Below are positions 60,657-64,000 of a DNA stretch of 64,000 bases, piece after piece. Numbering within the stretch: the first letter of the stretch is position 1; every line of letters starts with the position of its first letter. Source of the DNA: Orbicella franksi (lineage: Eukaryota); NCBI GenBank assembly GCA_964199315.1, contig OZ116700.1, positions 14,694,001 to 14,758,000 on the forward strand, in the 5' to 3' direction. The notes beneath the pieces were generated by a model. That model searched no databases. It was not told the origin of the DNA and saw only the letters and a list, made by a program, of their open reading frames with translations. Made by a program: the position numbers and the translations under genes.

Positions 60657-63456
60657 ATGGTGTCTTTGAATTCTATTTCTTTGAGGTTTCTTCTGCTTGT
60701 GTTTTACAGCACTACACTATTAACACGTTCTAGGTCTGATGAGGTAAGTTATGTTATCCTTATGATGCTGTTGTTGCAAATACGACAAAGAAGGGATGTG
60801 TTAATACATCATCCACAGAAAGGACGTGTGGTTAAATTTTGTTGAGCCGAGAAGGTGCCCAAAATAAGGATATAAGAGTTAACGATGTTATTGACAAGCT
60901 TGCACGAGAAACATGCAGCCTTTTCAGTCGGAAAATAAAGCATTTAACTGCGATACTGCAAAGTGAAAAACACCCGACATACTGTTAAAATTTATTTTCA
61001 AGATCATCGGCTGTATCTTTTTTTACATCCATAACATAATTTTGTTATGTTCCCCATGAGTTTGACCCCCACAGATGTCATTGAAAATACGATTTTTTTT
61101 TCACATAGAGAAGGCCCTAATATCGATCAGCCTAGAAAACTGCGGTTAATAAATCGTTGTCAATTTCATCCCACTTTTAAAAACACCGAAGTTCTCAGAT
61201 ATTATAAAACTGGTACCAATATTAATCTGATTGATTGCTAGAAAAGCGAATAGAATAGGCTTGGTTGTAATCCATGTTTTAAGAAGTAACGGCACTAAAC
61301 ATTTTGTAAAAACACTAAAACCGGACGTTTCGACCGTAGAAAGTCCGCCTCGATCACCGGGTAATGATGGCTGTAATTTTAATATTTTTCATGCGCTTGT
61401 AATCTATTTTTAATTAGGCTGTCGGTCTGTTTGAAATTGGCACGATTTAGATTCTAGGATAGGACCAGCCTCAGAGATAAAGAGTAGTTTATTAAAATCA
61501 ATACCTTTCTCTTCTCTATTTCTCTCCAAAATGAAAGCAAGTCAAACTCAGTTCATTTGTAGGTAGAAGCGTACTTTTTAAAAAAATGCTCAACAAAATT
61601 CATTATACATTTTTTTTCATTAATTATAACGACCTAGCCCCAGTTATAAATTAAAGAGCTCATCGCCTAAAAAAAATTCTAATTCACAAGTTTTAAGACA
61701 TTTTTAAATGTTTTCCGTGTACGTGATGCTCTAACATTTTTAACTTAAATACATCAAATATTTGACTTCATAGTCCAAAAATAATCACATATTTTTTTCA
61801 TATATACTAAGGATTTCGAAGTACAATAGTATGTTCTTGGATACGACTTTTAACTTAGTCAAATTGCTTACAATTACGGTGGATAAACCTAATCAGTGTT
61901 TTTGGCTCGGTAGAACATGGAAACGTTCCATGGGAAAACAATATTTTTAAAAATAAATTATTCAACAGCTACTCAAACATAATACATTCTTTTGTTTGCC
62001 GACCCATGTAATAAAGTGGCTGACGTCACTAACAGATTGAGTATCTTTGCTTAGTAACACAAGGCAACGAAACATCTGATTTACCCGTTACCTGTAGCGC
62101 TTGAGGTTTCCCTATCCAACAACACTAACCTTTTTTTAAAGTTTCGTAGTTTTGATAGTGTATCTGAACCTCCACCCACCACACCCACGCTTCCCTGTAG
62201 CTGCAAAGACGGCGAGCCAGGAAAAGACGGAAGAGACGGGAGGGACGGGATGACTGTGGTGGGCCCCCCTGGGCCACCTGGAAGGGACGGATTGAATGGA
62301 ACAGATGGTATGGATGGAAGAGACGGTCAGGATGGACGTGATGGAAGGGACGGGCAGAAGGTGAGTCAAGGTTGTTTGTCAATGAATTGCATTGCATTAC
62401 CCCCTGTGGATCCGAGTGTTTTTCATTCAAGTGTCGAAAAGTAGTTGGTTTTACATCTACTATGCTGCACGATTTTGGCTTAAAATACTGACGCCACTTT
62501 TTATTCAATCAGAAGTGAAACCAAAACAAATCGTGACTCACTCGCATAAGTTTTCCCGCACTCTGCGTGAGCTACAGGTAATTACTACGAGTTTTGATTG
62601 ATTCACTGGATTGTCTGTGTCCTTTGTGATTGGCTAGAGTGATTATTTTGGTTTTGGTTTTATTGCACTCAATTGACAACCACACTCAATTGATAGCCGC
62701 TCTATTACCTCAGCCAAATCAGCAACCGAATTGATCCTAATATATATATAATTTTTGTTTTTTTCAGGGGGACCAAGGATCTCCCGGTGCAAGAGGACCT
62801 CCCGGAGTCTGTGATCGAGCGGAAGTGAGTACAGCAAACCGCTGAACTTTTCCGAATTTCGGTCGCTTGAAGTCAAAGTAATACTCGCGGCGTACTAATT
62901 AACCGTCGTGATAAGAACCATTCCAATGAATGGCATACAGTCTTGGCAATAGGAATGGGAATTTGCGCCTTTGTCGCCATAGATCATGCATTCACCTAAA
63001 AACCTTAATGTTAGGGCCCTCAATTATTTACATCTCAATAATAAGACTAATACCCTATTCAAACCAACATATTAAACTTGCTTAAAAGGTGTTCAACTAA
63101 ACAATGTTAAAAATTAGTTTCTCATACCGTACACAGCCCACAACTTACCAAGGCGAAAACCTGTTTGAAAAAAATATGTTAGGAAGCAAGTTTGAAAATG
63201 GCTGCAAAGCGTAAGTGACAAACAAGAGAAACCTAAACCTGATTTAGTTTAGTTGGTGTGAATGAAAAAGACTGGAAAAACAATGATCTCCGCTAAAACC
63301 TTGTTTAGTTATTTTATTATTGTTAGGTAGGCGACAGCTGGGAGAAAAATGCTAAAAACGACTTTGGTTATACCAAATTGACAAATAAACTATATTTAAT
63401 TTTCCTCTTTCCAGATCAACAGCATTAAGGCTCGAATTCTTGATCTGGAATCGAAC
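60657..63456 (+). CDS. Secreted short-collagen protein (collectin-like N-terminal half); 3' end not found in the window
   Basis: Exon 60657-60743 (signal peptide); exon 62142-62360 (CTAAC branch point, PT-rich linker, CSC, Gly-X-Y); exon 62768-62824 (Gly-X-Y, Cys); exon 63415-63456 (INSIKARILDLESN). All junctions are phase 0 GT-AG. Confidence 0.75.
61316..61362 (-). ncRNA. Degenerate hammerhead-like motif (probable Penelope terminal-repeat relic)
   Basis: Minus strand ccg-gTGATcGA-GGCGG-actttcta-CGGTC-GAAACGTC-cgg: intact GAAACGTC, altered CUGANGA box. Confidence 0.35.
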
Positions 63457-63586
63457 GTAAGTCTTCTCTGGTCTACTTATTTCACTCCGTAACGGTATCA
63501 TTTCTTGAATTCCATGTCCACAATTTATTTTAGTTCCGTCCTTATGCATTCCCAAGAACGATCATGACCTAATTTCTCCGCACTAT

Positions 63587-63823
63587 ATGAACACTATATA
63601 TCTAGCGAACACCCGTAAAGAATATAGAAAATCATCAAGCAGTGAATATTGCCTCGCTGAAAAACGGCAGCACAGGAATTGCATGACAATCCATAACGAG
63701 AATAGTCTGCAATTTTCTGGTCCTTCTGCTTGGAATAATTTGGACCAAGAATTATTAAGTTTATCCTTCCGTTACTTTAAGCAAGCTATGACTAAACATT
63801 TCTTAAGTGCTTCTAATGCCTAA
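63587..63823 (+). mobile_element. Degenerate LINE (CR1-like) ORF2 C-terminal relic
   Basis: SLQFSGPSAWNNL...FKQAMTKHFL resembles the 'F.GPK.WN.L...FK..LK' terminal motif of CR1/L2 ORF2. Confidence 0.5.
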
Positions 63824-64000
63824 TGCTGGCTTAGTATTGTTATATGAATTTTTTTTTTCGTTCCAAGCAAACGTACATATAAATTTGGTCTTGCCATTAA
63901 CTGGTACGGTTAAACTACTTTTCATTTTTTTTTTAATCATTCACTTAACTATTTGTTTGTATCTTGTTGGTTTTTTTTGTGTGTGTTTTTCTTTTTTTCG

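Noticed and set aside
62125-62508. Antisense ORFs and read-through tail of ORF 62250-62444
   Set aside because: These are antisense shadows of the Gly-X-Y repeat. The sense ORF leaves at the GTGAGT donor at 62361.
1-64000. CRISPR array, rRNA or prokaryotic operon
   Set aside because: There are no regularly spaced identical repeats with unique spacers, no rRNA-like blocks, and the genes contain spliceosomal introns.

Overview
Eukaryotic, AT-rich animal DNA with GT-AG introns. The repeat and GPCR families resemble those of stony corals or other anthozoans (inference). No prokaryotic features or CRISPR arrays are present. Host genes: (1) three two-exon rhodopsin-class orphan GPCRs ('family A', 17.5-40.2 kb), with a 371-bp identical tract shared by copies 2 and 3; (2) an array of single-exon GPCRs ('family B', 43-53 kb) with two intact copies, one frameshifted copy and one decayed relic; (3) a three-exon RDH8/HSD17B1-like short-chain dehydrogenase; (4) the 5' part of a secreted protein with signal peptide, CxC, Gly-X-Y collagen and a coiled-coil neck (collectin-like), which runs off the window. 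Mobile DNA: a complete two-gene PIF/Harbinger transposon (15-bp TIRs, ATT TSD) nested in a Penelope-like relic; a 4.75-kb decayed tyrosine-recombinase retrotransposon with split direct repeats and a methyltransferase-like domain (PAT-like DIRS); Penelope-like GIY-YIG fragments with hammerhead-ribozyme motifs; L2/CR1 fragments; tRNA-derived SINEs; many MITEs. All coordinates and splice models were read by eye, and no database searches were run.
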